In this document: positions 1 through 9,548 of the stretch, one piece after another
How positions within the stretch are numbered: the stretch's first letter is position 1
Layout of the letters: each line of letters starts with the position of its first letter
Origin: Lewinellaceae bacterium
GTDB taxonomy: Bacteria; Bacteroidota; Bacteroidia; Chitinophagales; Saprospiraceae
Length of the DNA stretch: 64,000 nt
Assembly (NCBI GenBank): GCA_016713985.1
Contig: JADJOD010000005.1
Coordinates: 40,012-104,011 of the forward strand
Direction: 5' to 3'
The notes under the pieces: generated by a model
What the model was told of the DNA's origin: nothing
What the model saw: only the letters and a program-made list of their open reading frames with translations
Databases searched by the model: none
Made by a program: the position numbers and the translations under genes

Positions 1-3000
1 CTACAACAACGGTTGTCGACGACGAATATGTAGACAATGGCCTGTGCGCCAATCCGCGCGCCGTATTGACACGCACCTGGTTTGTCACGGACATTTGGGG
101 CAACCAATCGATCTGCGTACAGACGATCACCATCGTACCGTTCGACCTGGCGGCAGTAATCTTCCCGGCCAACGTGACGGTGAATTGTGAAAGTGCAAAC
201 CTGGATCCCTTAGCGGTTGATCCCGCCAACACCGGCCAGCCGAGCATCAACGGATTCCCGATCGGTCAGGGCGGCTTGTGCAGCGCTTCGGTCAATTTCA
301 CGGACGAATTGTATGACATCTGCGAAGGCAGTTATGAAATACTGCGCACCTGGAAAGTTCGCAACACCTGCTTACCCGTGGGTGCGGACAATCCGGTGGA
401 ACACACACAAGTCATTCAAGTGCTGGACCTCGGTGGACCGCAGTTTGATTGCCCGGTTGATGTAACGGTATCTACGGATCAGAACACCTGCTGCGCCACC
501 GCGCCGCTACCCGATGTAATTGTGTCGGAAGGATGTTCGGGTATCGTAAGCCTCGAAGCAAAGGTAACGGGGACGAACCCCGCCAACGGCAACGTGATCA
601 CGTTTACGGTGGCAGGTCACTTAAGCGATTTCGCGGGCAACAACTACTGGAACCCGGATACGCTGGCAGTATTCCCGTACACGCAGTGCCTGCCTTTGGG
701 CGACTACACGGTGCGTTATACCGCACAGGATGCCTGCGGCAACATCTCGACCTGCGAGTTTACGCTCACGGTAGCCGATATCGTTGCACCGGCCGTATCC
801 TGCGACGAATTCACACAGGTTGCGCTGGGCAGCAATGGCCTGGCCCTGGTGAATGCAACTACTTTCGACGACGGCACTTACGACAACTGCTGCATCGACA
901 AGTTCGAAGCACGCCGTATGAACGGCACCTGCGACGGTGTACCGGATGATTTCGGCCCGACAGTAGAATTCTGCTGCACCGATATCAACGATACGATTAC
1001 AGTGGTGTTCCGCGCTTACGACTGCCACGGCAACTCGAACGACTGCATGGTTCAGGTATTTGTGGAAGACAAGATCAAACCGACATGCAGCGCTCCGGCC
1101 AACGTGACGGTTTCCTGCGAAGCCTTCGACCCGAGCCTGTGGGCTTACGGTACGGCTACGGGAGTGGACAACTGCTGCATGGATACGATCACGGAATCGC
1201 GCAACTACAACCTGTTCGATACCTTGTGTAACCGCGGCACGATCACCCGTACGTTCCGCACCTTCGACTGCGCGGGTCAGCAAAACCAGTGCACGCAGCG
1301 TATCATCGTGAACTACGAACAGGATTACTTCGTAAAATTCCCGAACGACGTGATCGTTACGAAATGCGACGGCACGGGTAACTACGGCGAACCCACGTTC
1401 TACGGCAAAGATTGTGAATTGCTGGGTGTAACGTTTGAAGACGACGTGTTCACGGTAGTACCGGATGCATGTTTCAAGATCGAACGGACGTGGAAGATCA
1501 TCAACTGGTGTACGTACAATCCGAACGGCACCTGTGTGATTGTCCCGAACCCGAACCCGAACGCGACATCGAACAGCCCGCAGAACCTGCCGGGTCCGAT
1601 TGTATCGGCAGCAGGCACACCTGCACCCTGGAACCCGACGATCGTATCGATCGCTCCGGGCCAGCCGCAGACGAACTTCTCGACGTTCTACGATCCGAAT
1701 GCAAACTGCTACATCTACAAGCAGATCATCAAGATCATCGATACCGAAGATCCTGTTCCAACCTGCACGATACCAGATAGTTGCGACTTGACGGTGAATG
1801 ACCCGCTGCTGTGGAACCAGTCGTACTGGTGGGATCCGATTGTTGGCCAGCACGATTTGTGCGAAGGCGACGCCGGCCTGACGATCACGGCTACGGACTC
1901 CTGCTCCGGCGCAAATGTGAACATCTCGTACCTGTTGTTCCTCGACCTGAACGGCGACGGCACGATGGAAACGGTGGTGAGCAGCAACAACACCCCTGCT
2001 CCCGGTACGGTGAACGTTGGCAACGCAGGCAACCCGAGTTATACCGGCGGCACGCCGCAGGTATTCGACGGACGCCCCGTACTGCCGAACGAAGTATACC
2101 GCTGGGCGAATCACCAGAGCGTGAGCGGCACGACGCGCACGGCCAGTGTACAGTGGAAAACGTTTGCACAAATGCCGACACCGACGAACCAATTGGGTTC
2201 GGCGGGTATCGCACCGCAACTGCCGTACGGCACACACAAGATCAAGTGGACGATCACGGACGGCTGCGGCAACGAAACGTACTGCGAATACACTTTTGTC
2301 GTGAAAGACTGCAAAGCGCCGACGGTGGTATGCCACAACGGCCTGAGTGTGAACATCATGCCGACGCAGATGGTACAATTGTGGGCGACCGACTTCCTGC
2401 AGTACGCAGAAGACAACTGTACGCCTCCGACGCCTTACACGACGGGCCCGAACCAGTTGAAATTTGCGATCAGACCCGCAGGCGCCGGCACCGGCTTCCC
2501 GGTAGACGCCTTGGGCAACCCGATCACAAACGTGACGTTTACCTGCGCCGACCTCGGCAAAAAAGACGTTGAGTTGTGGGCGATGGATTTGGCCGGCAAC
2601 GCGGACTACTGCCTGACATTTGTAGACGTACAGGACAACAACAACAACTGTGTACCGAACGACCCGAACAACGTGACGGTAGCGGGCGCTTTGGCCACCG
2701 AAATGAGTGAAGGTGTCGAAGAAGCCAACGTGAACCTGCAATCGGGTGCGATCAGCAAGTTTGTCATGAGCGACGATCAGGGTATTTACACCTTTAACGA
2801 CGCTTTGCCGCTTGGATCGAACTACACGGTAACACCGACGAAAGACGACAACCCGCTCAACGGCGTATCGACGTATGACCTGGTGTTGATCAGCAAGCAC
2901 ATCCTCGGATTGGAGCCGCTGAACAGCCCGTACAAAATGATCGCGGCGGATGCCAACAAATCCAACTCGATCACGACGTTCGACATCGTAGAGATCCGCA

Positions 3001-3873
3001 AGTTGATCCTCGGTATTTACAGCGAACTGCCGAACAACACTTCGTGGCGTTTTGTGGACCAGGACTTTGCGTTCCCGCAACCGAACAATCCGTTTGCGAC
3101 GCAATTCCCCGAAACGAAAGACGCGGCTGACGTACAACTCGACCAACTGGGCGACGACTTCGTGGGTGTAAAAATCGGCGACGTGAACAACACGGCGATA
3201 GCCAACTCGCTGATGAGCACGGATGACCGTTCGACGAGCACCTTGTTGTTCGACGTACAGGATCGTATGGTGAAAGCCGGCGAGGTATTCGAAGTGACGT
3301 TCAAAGGCGTCGGAGAAAGTACAGGGCTACCAGTTCACGCTGAACCTGGCAGGTCTGGAAGTGACGGACATCCTTGAAACGGACGGTGTAAAACGCGACA
3401 ACTTCGGTGTGTTCGCCGACGCTTTGACCACTTCGGTGGATGGAGCAGGGGAGTTCACGGTGAAATTCCGCGCCAGCCGCCCGGGCCGCCTCAGCGAAAT
3501 GCTGGGTGTATCGAGCCGGATCACCCGCGCGGAAGCGTACGGTCTGACGAACGATCGCAAAGACGTGGCGCTTCGTTTCAACAACGGCACGACGAGCACG
3601 ATTGCCGGCGTAGGTTTCGAATTGTACCAGAACCAGCCGAACCCGTTTGTGAACAAAACACTGGTAGGATTCCACCTGCCGGAAGCCACGGAAGCAACGC
3701 TGACGGTGTACGACGAAACAGGTCGTATGTTGTTCACGCAGAAGGGTCAGTTTGGCAAGGGTTACAACGCCATCGCCATCGACCGCGCGCTGTTGAACAC
3801 AACGGGTGTGATGTACTACAAACTCGAAACCGCAACGGATGCGGCTACGAAGAAGATGATTCAGACGAAATAA
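1..3873 (+). pseudogene. Large Cys-rich Ig/HYR-like repeat surface adhesin with dockerin-like and cohesin-like modules and a T9SS C-terminal sorting domain. The 5' end lies outside the window. The frame is interrupted once near 3305-3312.
   Basis: The frame is open from base 3 (TTTVVDDEYVDNGLCANPRAVLTRTW...), so the gene is 5' partial. It has repeating Cys-rich modules ending in C.Q.I.V-type motifs, a dockerin-like DANKSNSITTFDIVEIRKLILG segment and a cohesin-like segment. The T9SS CTD reads FELYQNQPNPFVNKTLVGFHLPEATEATLTVYDETGRMLF...MYYKLETATDAATKKMIQTK. ORF 66..3377 and ORF 3361..3873 (+1 frame) join as ...EVFEVTFK-ASEKVQGYQFTLNLAGLEVTD if one base is removed in aaaggcg at about 3305-3309. 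Confidence 0.8.
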
Positions 3874-3921
3874 AAAACGTCTGAAATTTAGAAAGGCTTA
3901 GTAATTGAGATACAAGAGCAT

Positions 3922-3953
3922 GCGCCGTCTCCACAATAGCGTGGGGGCGGCGC
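3922..3953. terminator. GC-rich hairpin between convergent genes, likely a bidirectional terminator
   Basis: gcgccgtctccac-aatagc-gtgggggcggcgc forms the stem (with G-U pairs) and is followed by a T-rich tract (tgttattttattt). It lies between the stop at 3873 (+) and the stop at 3961 (-). Confidence 0.6.
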
Positions 3954-3960
3954 TGTTATT

Positions 3961-4938
3961 TTATTTCAATAATTTGCCCACTTCACGCCACGTAATCAAT
4001 TGAATACCTTGCTCTTGTAATATTTGCCGGCAGATATCGCCGGTAAAGAAATCAAAATCGGCCTGCCGCCATTCGGCGCCCCAGTCCGGATGATCGGCCG
4101 CCACACCCTGCATTTCATTTTCGTCGTGGGCGAGGTGCATCAGGAGCACGCTGACGCCGGGTTCGAGCGAGCGGAATACCCGTTCGTAATAAGCCGCCAT
4201 ACCTCCTTTAAAATCATCGGGCGATGCCGTGATCACGTGATCCAGCACAATATCCTTCTCCGACACACTTTTTCGAAAAGACTCCGGCAGTTGTTCGAGC
4301 ATATCGCGGCTGACCATTGAGGGAATGCCATAAACGCGCCCGAGCCTCAGGTAGATTTCAAAAAATTCCGGCGTGCTAAAAAACAGGCAACCCATGTGGG
4401 AATCGAGGTGAGTAGGTGTGATACCCATGGCGATGGCCTTGTCGATCTGGGCGCGTAATTCCAGTTCCACGTCTTCGGGCTTGGCATGGGCGGCCAGGGT
4501 CGCGCAGTTGTCGTAAAAATAACCGAGGCTGTCGACAAGACTGGCTATATACTCACACGAGGCGACCGGCCCCCATTTGAGGTATTTCCATTCGCTGGTC
4601 AGGGTAAGGTGCATACCGAGATCGGCGCCGGGGTTGTTTTTTGCAAAAGCCGCCACTTCCGGCAGCCAGGGACAGGGCGCCATGATGCTGGCGGAATTGA
4701 CCGGACCGGCAGTGATGGCTTTAAAACTGGCCTGGTTTTCCGAATGCGCCACCGCCAGGTCGTCGGCGTGCAGAATCAGCAATTTGGCGTCGGCGGGGTA
4801 GCCGAGCCGCTCCGCGAGGGTGGGCGATGCCTGGGCATAAATCGCCGCCCCGCCAGGCAGCAGGGCCGCCAGAAAAACGAAGCGGCAAAATCCGGCAGCG
4901 CGCCGGAAGGGGAGAAAAAATGGCTGGTTGTTCGTCAT
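3961..4938 (-). CDS. ChbG/HpnK (YdjC) family carbohydrate deacetylase, with an N-terminal signal or anchor
   Basis: 325-aa ORF. YdjC-type motifs are present: LILHADDLAVAHSENQA, GMHLTLTSEW and PTHLDSHMG. The N-terminus is hydrophobic (FVFLAALLPGGAAIYAQ). Confidence 0.75.
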   Translation of the reverse strand: MTNNQPFFLPFRRAAGFCRFVFLAALLPGGAAIYAQASPTLAERLGYPADAKLLILHADDLAVAHSENQASFKAITAGPVNSASIMAPCPWLPEVAAFAKNNPGADLGMHLTLTSEWKYLKWGPVASCEYIASLVDSLGYFYDNCATLAAHAKPEDVELELRAQIDKAIAMGITPTHLDSHMGCLFFSTPEFFEIYLRLGRVYGIPSMVSRDMLEQLPESFRKSVSEKDIVLDHVITASPDDFKGGMAAYYERVFRSLEPGVSVLLMHLAHDENEMQGVAADHPDWGAEWRQADFDFFTGDICRQILQEQGIQLITWREVGKLLK

Positions 4939-5042
4939 AATGCATCAATTTTAAAAGAGTGTTTAAAAAAAACGGATAAATGTGTAAAGAAATGGACGGA
5001 TTGTGTGAATTATAACACCGGGCAGACGACTGAAATAACGTG

Positions 5043-5050
5043 TATCTTTG
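5043..5050 (+). promoter_or_regulatory. Candidate Bacteroidota -7 promoter box (TAnnTTTG) for xseA
   Basis: TATCTTTG lies 48 nt upstream of the xseA ATG, in the divergent intergenic region. Confidence 0.4.
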
Positions 5051-5057
5051 GAACGGG

Positions 5058-5100
5058 CAACAATCCCAACAATCCCAACAATCCCAACCATGCAACCATG
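5058..5100 (+). repeat. Short tandem repeats in the xseA leader: 3 x 9 bp (caacaatcc) followed by 2 x 8 bp (caaccatg)
   Basis: Read directly: caacaatcc caacaatcc caacaatcc caaccatg caaccatg. The second ATG is the in-frame xseA start. Confidence 0.9.
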
Positions 5101-6477
5101 AAGTTATACACCCTTTTCGATCTCAACGAACACATCCGGCGGGTGTTGGCGCTAAACTACCAGCAACCGGTGTGGATCACGGCCGAAATTGCCCAGTCCG
5201 GGCAATCACGCGGGCATTTTTACCTCGACCTCGTGCAAAAGGTGGAAGGGGAACAACTCCTCGCGCAGGCGCAGGCCGTTTTGTGGGCCAACGACTACCG
5301 CCGCCTCCGCCAAAATCTCGGCGCCGACCTCGACCAGGTGCTGCGTGAAGGGCTGGAGGTAAAAATGCAGGTGCGGGTCGATTTTCACGAACGATACGGG
5401 CTGAAACTTGTCGTCGCCGACCTTGATCCGGCATTCACGTTCGGTCAACTCGAACTGGAGCGCCGCAAAACGATTCAAACCTTGCGCGAACTGCGCCTGC
5501 TGGAGCGCAACCGCTCCCTGCCCCTGCCGCCCGTATTGCAACGCATCGCAGTGATCACATCCGAAGGCGCGGCCGGTTTCCAGGATTTCCGGGAGCACCT
5601 GGAAAAAAACGCGTTCGGCTATCACTTCCAATGCCGGCTGTTTGCGTCTTCCGTGCAGGGAAAAAACGCCGAAACGGAACTGACCGGAGCCCTTCGCTCG
5701 GTATCCGACCTTCACGGGGAATTCGACTGCGCAGTCATCGTGCGCGGCGGCGGCGCCCGCCTCGATCTCGCGGCCTTCGACGGACTGGAGCTCTGCAAAA
5801 CAGTCGCTCAAATGCCCCTGCCCGTCTTCACCGGCATCGGCCACGACGTGGACGAGTCCGTGCTCGACCTCACGGCATTTGCCGCGCTGAAAACGCCGAC
5901 CGCAGTGGCCGACTTTCTGCTGCAACACAACCTGTTTTTTGAAAATGAAATTTTTCGCTGTGCCCGACAAATTCGGATCGAAGGTGATAATCGACTAAAA
6001 ATCAGTCAATTGGAACTGGACCGCATAGAAACAAATGCCCGTTGGGGCGGCCGCGAACGCCTGGGTATTGCCGGCCAAAAAATCGATGTTATAGCGGAAA
6101 ACCTGCCACTGCTTGCCCAACAATCGCTGCCGCGCCAACGCCGGTTATTGGAACAGGCCGAAACCATTTGCGCCGCCCTGAACCCCGAAAGTATACTTCG
6201 GCGGGGTTACAGCATGACGCTGCACCGGGGAAAGATCGTCACGGCGTCTTCGGATGTTGCGGCGGGGGATGTTTTGGAAACGCGCGTATCCGGCGGGGCG
6301 ATCGTTTCCAAAGTGGAGAAAAAAATCAGCTTCCCAGTAGGCAAGGGGCTTAGGTGTGGCATGAATTTTTTGTATAAAAATTTGATTTTCAAATTTTTAT
6401 ACAAAAAATTCATGCCACACCTAAAGTACTACCCTTTATGCTTCGAACTCATCGGCACCGGATATTTCTTTGCATAA
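5098..6477 (+). CDS. xseA: Exodeoxyribonuclease VII large subunit. The C-terminal ~45 aa reading through a palindrome are doubtful.
   Basis: MKLYTLFDLNEHIRRVLALNYQQPVWITAEIAQSGQSRGHFYLDLVQK... is a typical XseA OB-fold N-terminus, and the body is colinear up to ...RRGYSMTLHRGKIVTASSDVAAGDVLETRVSGGAIVSKVEKK. The longer ORF from 4486 is antisense to the deacetylase gene. Confidence 0.85.
   Translation: MKLYTLFDLNEHIRRVLALNYQQPVWITAEIAQSGQSRGHFYLDLVQKVEGEQLLAQAQAVLWANDYRRLRQNLGADLDQVLREGLEVKMQVRVDFHERYGLKLVVADLDPAFTFGQLELERRKTIQTLRELRLLERNRSLPLPPVLQRIAVITSEGAAGFQDFREHLEKNAFGYHFQCRLFASSVQGKNAETELTGALRSVSDLHGEFDCAVIVRGGGARLDLAAFDGLELCKTVAQMPLPVFTGIGHDVDESVLDLTAFAALKTPTAVADFLLQHNLFFENEIFRCARQIRIEGDNRLKISQLELDRIETNARWGGRERLGIAGQKIDVIAENLPLLAQQSLPRQRRLLEQAETICAALNPESILRRGYSMTLHRGKIVTASSDVAAGDVLETRVSGGAIVSKVEKKISFPVGKGLRCGMNFLYKNLIFKFLYKKFMPHLKYYPLCFELIGTGYFFA
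6351..6423. terminator. Perfect 35-bp-arm AT-rich palindrome (3-nt loop) between convergent xseA and the M48 gene; bidirectional terminator or palindromic element
   Basis: The left arm is taggtgtggcatgaattttttgtataaaaatttga, the loop is ttt, and the right arm is tcaaatttttatacaaaaaattcatgccacaccta. I checked the arms base by base and they are exact reverse complements. Confidence 0.75.
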
Positions 6478-7259
6478 GCTTTTGCCCGCGGCACCAATTT
6501 GCGCAGCGTATCCGAACGTTTGGCGGGATCGGGGTGCGTGCTCAGAAACTCCGGCGGGCGGCTGCCGCCCGATTGGGTCATACGGCCCCAGAACGGCGCG
6601 GCTTCGCTGGGATTGTAGCCGGCCATAGCCATGATGTAGAGGCCGATCTCGTCGGCTTCCGATTCGTGTTTGCGGCTGAACGGCAGCAGGACGCCGAGTT
6701 GTGCGCCGGCGCCGGCGGCGGTCATCAGCAGGCTGCGGGTGGCTGCGGGTTTTTGCGACAAGGCTAAGTCGAGCGAGGTGAGGCCGAGTTGGGCAACCAA
6801 GCCCTGGCTCATCCGTTCGTTGCCGTGGTTGGCCAGCGCGTGGGCGATCTCGTGACCCATCACAACGGCCAGTGCGTCTTCATTTTGGGTCACTTTCAGG
6901 ATGCCGGTGTACACCACCACCTTGCCGCCGGGCATACAAAAAGCATTCACCGTGTTCGGGTCGTCCACAACGTTGAATTCCCAGGCGAAATCTTTCAGTT
7001 CGGCCTGTTTGCCGATTGATTTGTAGTACACTTCCGTAGCCGCCTTGATGTCTTTTCCGACGCGGCGCACGAGGTCCACGTCTTTACCCGAAGAAAGGGT
7101 TTTGTTCTGGCTCAGAAAGGATTTATACTCGCTGAAACTCAATTGGTTAATCGTAGCGGTCGGGATGAGGTTCAGGGACTTGCGCCCCGTGAAGGCGTTT
7201 TTGGTGCAGGCGAACAAAAGAAGCGCCGCGAAAAGGCTGAACGAGATTTTTTTCCACAT
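6429..7259 (-). CDS. M48 family zinc metallopeptidase, lipoprotein
   Basis: The HEXXH motif is in VVMGHEIAHALANHGNE, with a downstream ESEADEIG. A lipobox-like signal (LLLFACTKN) is present. Confidence 0.8.
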   Translation of the reverse strand: MWKKISFSLFAALLLFACTKNAFTGRKSLNLIPTATINQLSFSEYKSFLSQNKTLSSGKDVDLVRRVGKDIKAATEVYYKSIGKQAELKDFAWEFNVVDDPNTVNAFCMPGGKVVVYTGILKVTQNEDALAVVMGHEIAHALANHGNERMSQGLVAQLGLTSLDLALSQKPAATRSLLMTAAGAGAQLGVLLPFSRKHESEADEIGLYIMAMAGYNPSEAAPFWGRMTQSGGSRPPEFLSTHPDPAKRSDTLRKLVPRAKAYAKKYPVPMSSKHKG

Positions 7260-7456
7260 AAGCGTTGGATATTTTGTTTTCGGAAAATGCCGGTTGCAAA
7301 TTTAGCATTTAACGCCAAAACAAGGGCCGGGTCACATGCCGGGGAATGGTTTAATAGTATAATAACAAATATCAGAATTTCAATGTTTTCGGATATATTG
7401 TGTGTTTTTTACCCTCGGATAATTTATTACGGCAGTCTTGGATCAAATTTCCCACC

Positions 7457-9164
7457 ATGAAAAACTTCGCCTTATACTTGTTACTACTAATTCCCGTCAT
7501 TACCCAGGCACAACAAATCAACCCCTTGTGGGTAAGCACGGAGGAAACAGATGGAAACAATGACGTCATCGTTCTGGTAGATTCTTCCCACGATGTGATC
7601 GTTTGCGGCAGCACATATTCACCCGGTCCCGTCCTCGGATTTGTGACCACGAAATACGATCCCGACGGCAACCAATTGTGGCAACGGCGCTACGATACTT
7701 TTGCTACGGACCTGATCACTACCGCAGCCACGGATATTACCAATGCAGTGTACGTGGGGGGGAGTTCGGTCAACCCTTTTACGGGTCAAACCCAGTTCAT
7801 CGTGATCAAATACTCCGCCAACGGCGATACCTTATGGCAATATACTTATGGAAGCATACCGGGCGCAGGCACCTATTTAAGCAGGATATTGGTCGATTCA
7901 GCGCAAAATTTGCTGATTTTGGGCTACACCCATCCTGCCGCAAACGAGTTTGGCTTATTAGCCGTAAAACTGAACCCTGCCGGAAATGAAATCTGGAACA
8001 CGACGTATGAAGAAGGAGAGTACGGGTACGGCGGCCTCGACGCCGCCCGGGTAGATGACCATATTGTATTCTGGGCACAGAACGGTTCCCCGGAAGGATT
8101 GCGTTTTTTTGCCTGGCAGATTGATATGGATGGCCAAACGATAAAAACTGCCCACACTGACCCTTATAGTGATTACTTCGAGTCCGGGTACTACATAGAT
8201 CAGGTGGGCGATCTGTATATTGGTGACCATGCCGGAGAGTATAAAGTTACAAAATTCACGCTTGACGGGATAAAAGCATGGGAATATAAGAAACCCCTTA
8301 TTTATTCTAACCCAAACGGCGTTTCAGCCCGATTGCGTTGTATTTCGAGCGATGAAGAGGGGCTGTTTATATTTCTGGCCCGTTTTATCTGGATGATACG
8401 ACAGGTCTGATCGGGGTAACGTCAAAATTGACCTCTTCCGGCAATCTGGCTTGGGAGCACACAATCGATTTTGACGGTATCGATCTCATTTTCCCATACA
8501 AAAGTGGGTGGATTAGCGATAATATGTTGTTAGTTACCGGTGTGGCCTATACCAATTTGGATAGTAACTACTATGAATATTTTCTGACTTCATACGACCA
8601 GGATGGGTTCGTGAAAGGCGGGATATCGGATGTTTCAGGGCGGCGAAACGTCCCATCCTCTATTGCTTCAGATGGCTCATATTTCTATATTGCTGGAGAA
8701 GCATATGCCGAAAAGCGTTTTCTCGAGCCAAGCAATTTTTATGCAAATACTCGCTGGATGCCGTCGTCTCTGCGGCCGTTCCGTCGGGTCCCGGAACCCT
8801 GCCGGAGCCCTTGGTTTTATATCCCAATCCTGTGTACGATCACATCAAGGTATCGCTCCAGCACACTGGCGAAACGACTCAAGGTATTCTGGAAGTAAAT
8901 GATTTTCAAGGAGTTATTATGCTCCGCAAGGAAGTGTCACTCACTTCCGGCACAAATGATTTCGTGCTGGAAATACCTGCTTCACTACCGGCAGGTGTGT
9001 ATGAAACAAACCTGCGCACTACGGGAAAGGTGTATGGTGCACGGTTCGTCAAAATGAGGGCGCCCGCCGGGGGGAAAGATGGGGGGCAAAGCGTTGAATG
9101 TTACCACTTTGCGTCTTTGCGTGAAACCTTTGCGTCTTCGCGTGAAATAAATCAGGCACCGTGA
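7457..9164 (+). pseudogene. Secreted beta-propeller (SBBP-like repeat) protein with a T9SS C-terminal domain; frame broken twice
   Basis: The signal peptide is MKNFALYLLLLIPVITQAQQ. Repeated ...KY(D/S)..G..LW... propeller-like units follow. The CTD is LVLYPNPVYDHIKVSLQH...LPAGVYETNLRTTGKVYGARFVKM. Three ORFs (7400..8410, 8428..8898, 8811..9164) join if one G is added to the G4 run at 8359-8362 (...SSDEEG-AVYISGPFYLDD) and one A is added at about 8744-8746 (...NFYA-KYSLDAVVSAAVPSGPGTLPEPLVLYPNPV). Confidence 0.7.
9107..9147 (+). repeat. Two tandem copies of a 20-21 bp unit (ctttgcgtcttYgcgtgaaa)
   Basis: The copies are at 9107-9126 and 9128-9147 and differ by one mismatch. They are translated as ASLRETFASSRE at the doubtful 3' tail of the previous ORF. 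Confidence 0.8.
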
Positions 9165-9226
9165 CAAATCACATCCCCAACCCCCACCCGTCCCTATACT
9201 CCCGCCCCACAAAAGCATTGGCGTCT

Positions 9227-9466
9227 TCAAAATTGGTGATGCGCATATTGGCGGCGTCCCATTCGAGGCGCACCTTCATGGAATTTGCTGTATCGAGACA
9301 GGTTCTCAAAGTTGACCCTGCCTTGTATCGAAAATACCAGGACGAATAATTCTTTGAAGAATTTGGTCGTCCATTTGTTTGTCTCGCCTGTCCGTGCGAA
9401 TATTGTGTCGAGTATCCCTGCGATGCTTGTCATAGGTCGTATGTTCGAGTGTGAGAACCCTAACAT
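9227..9466 (-). mobile_element. Possible N-terminal remnant (~70 aa) of a DDE transposase (IS4/IS701-like)
   Basis: SIAGILDTIFARTGETNKWTTKFFKELFVLVFSIQGRVNFENLSRYSKFHE resembles, from memory, the conserved N-terminus of a transposase family (..RVNF.NLSRY..). There is no continuation in any frame and no terminal repeats. Confidence 0.3.
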
Positions 9467-9548
9467 TACGACCTTTTTTTATTTCAACACTTTGATGCGC
9501 AGTAAACTGCGCGGACTATTGTTTTTTCAAAGATACATTTATTTGTTC

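Noticed and set aside
621-3146. 841-aa ORF on the minus strand
   Set aside because: It is entirely antisense to the adhesin gene. Its composition is Arg/Val/His-rich and low in complexity, and it has no recognisable motif. It is the expected shadow ORF of a GC-rich, stop-poor coding region.
4486-5097. N-terminal 204-codon extension of the xseA ORF
   Set aside because: It is antisense to the well-supported ChbG/YdjC gene and crosses the divergent promoter region and the tandem repeats. XseA homology begins only at MKLYTLFDL (5098).
8985-9230. 81-aa minus-strand ORF and 62-aa plus-strand ORF (9161..9349) in the gap after the propeller gene
   Set aside because: Both are short, Gly/Pro/Trp-rich or otherwise low in complexity, overlap repeat sequence, and lack any motif or plausible promoter context.
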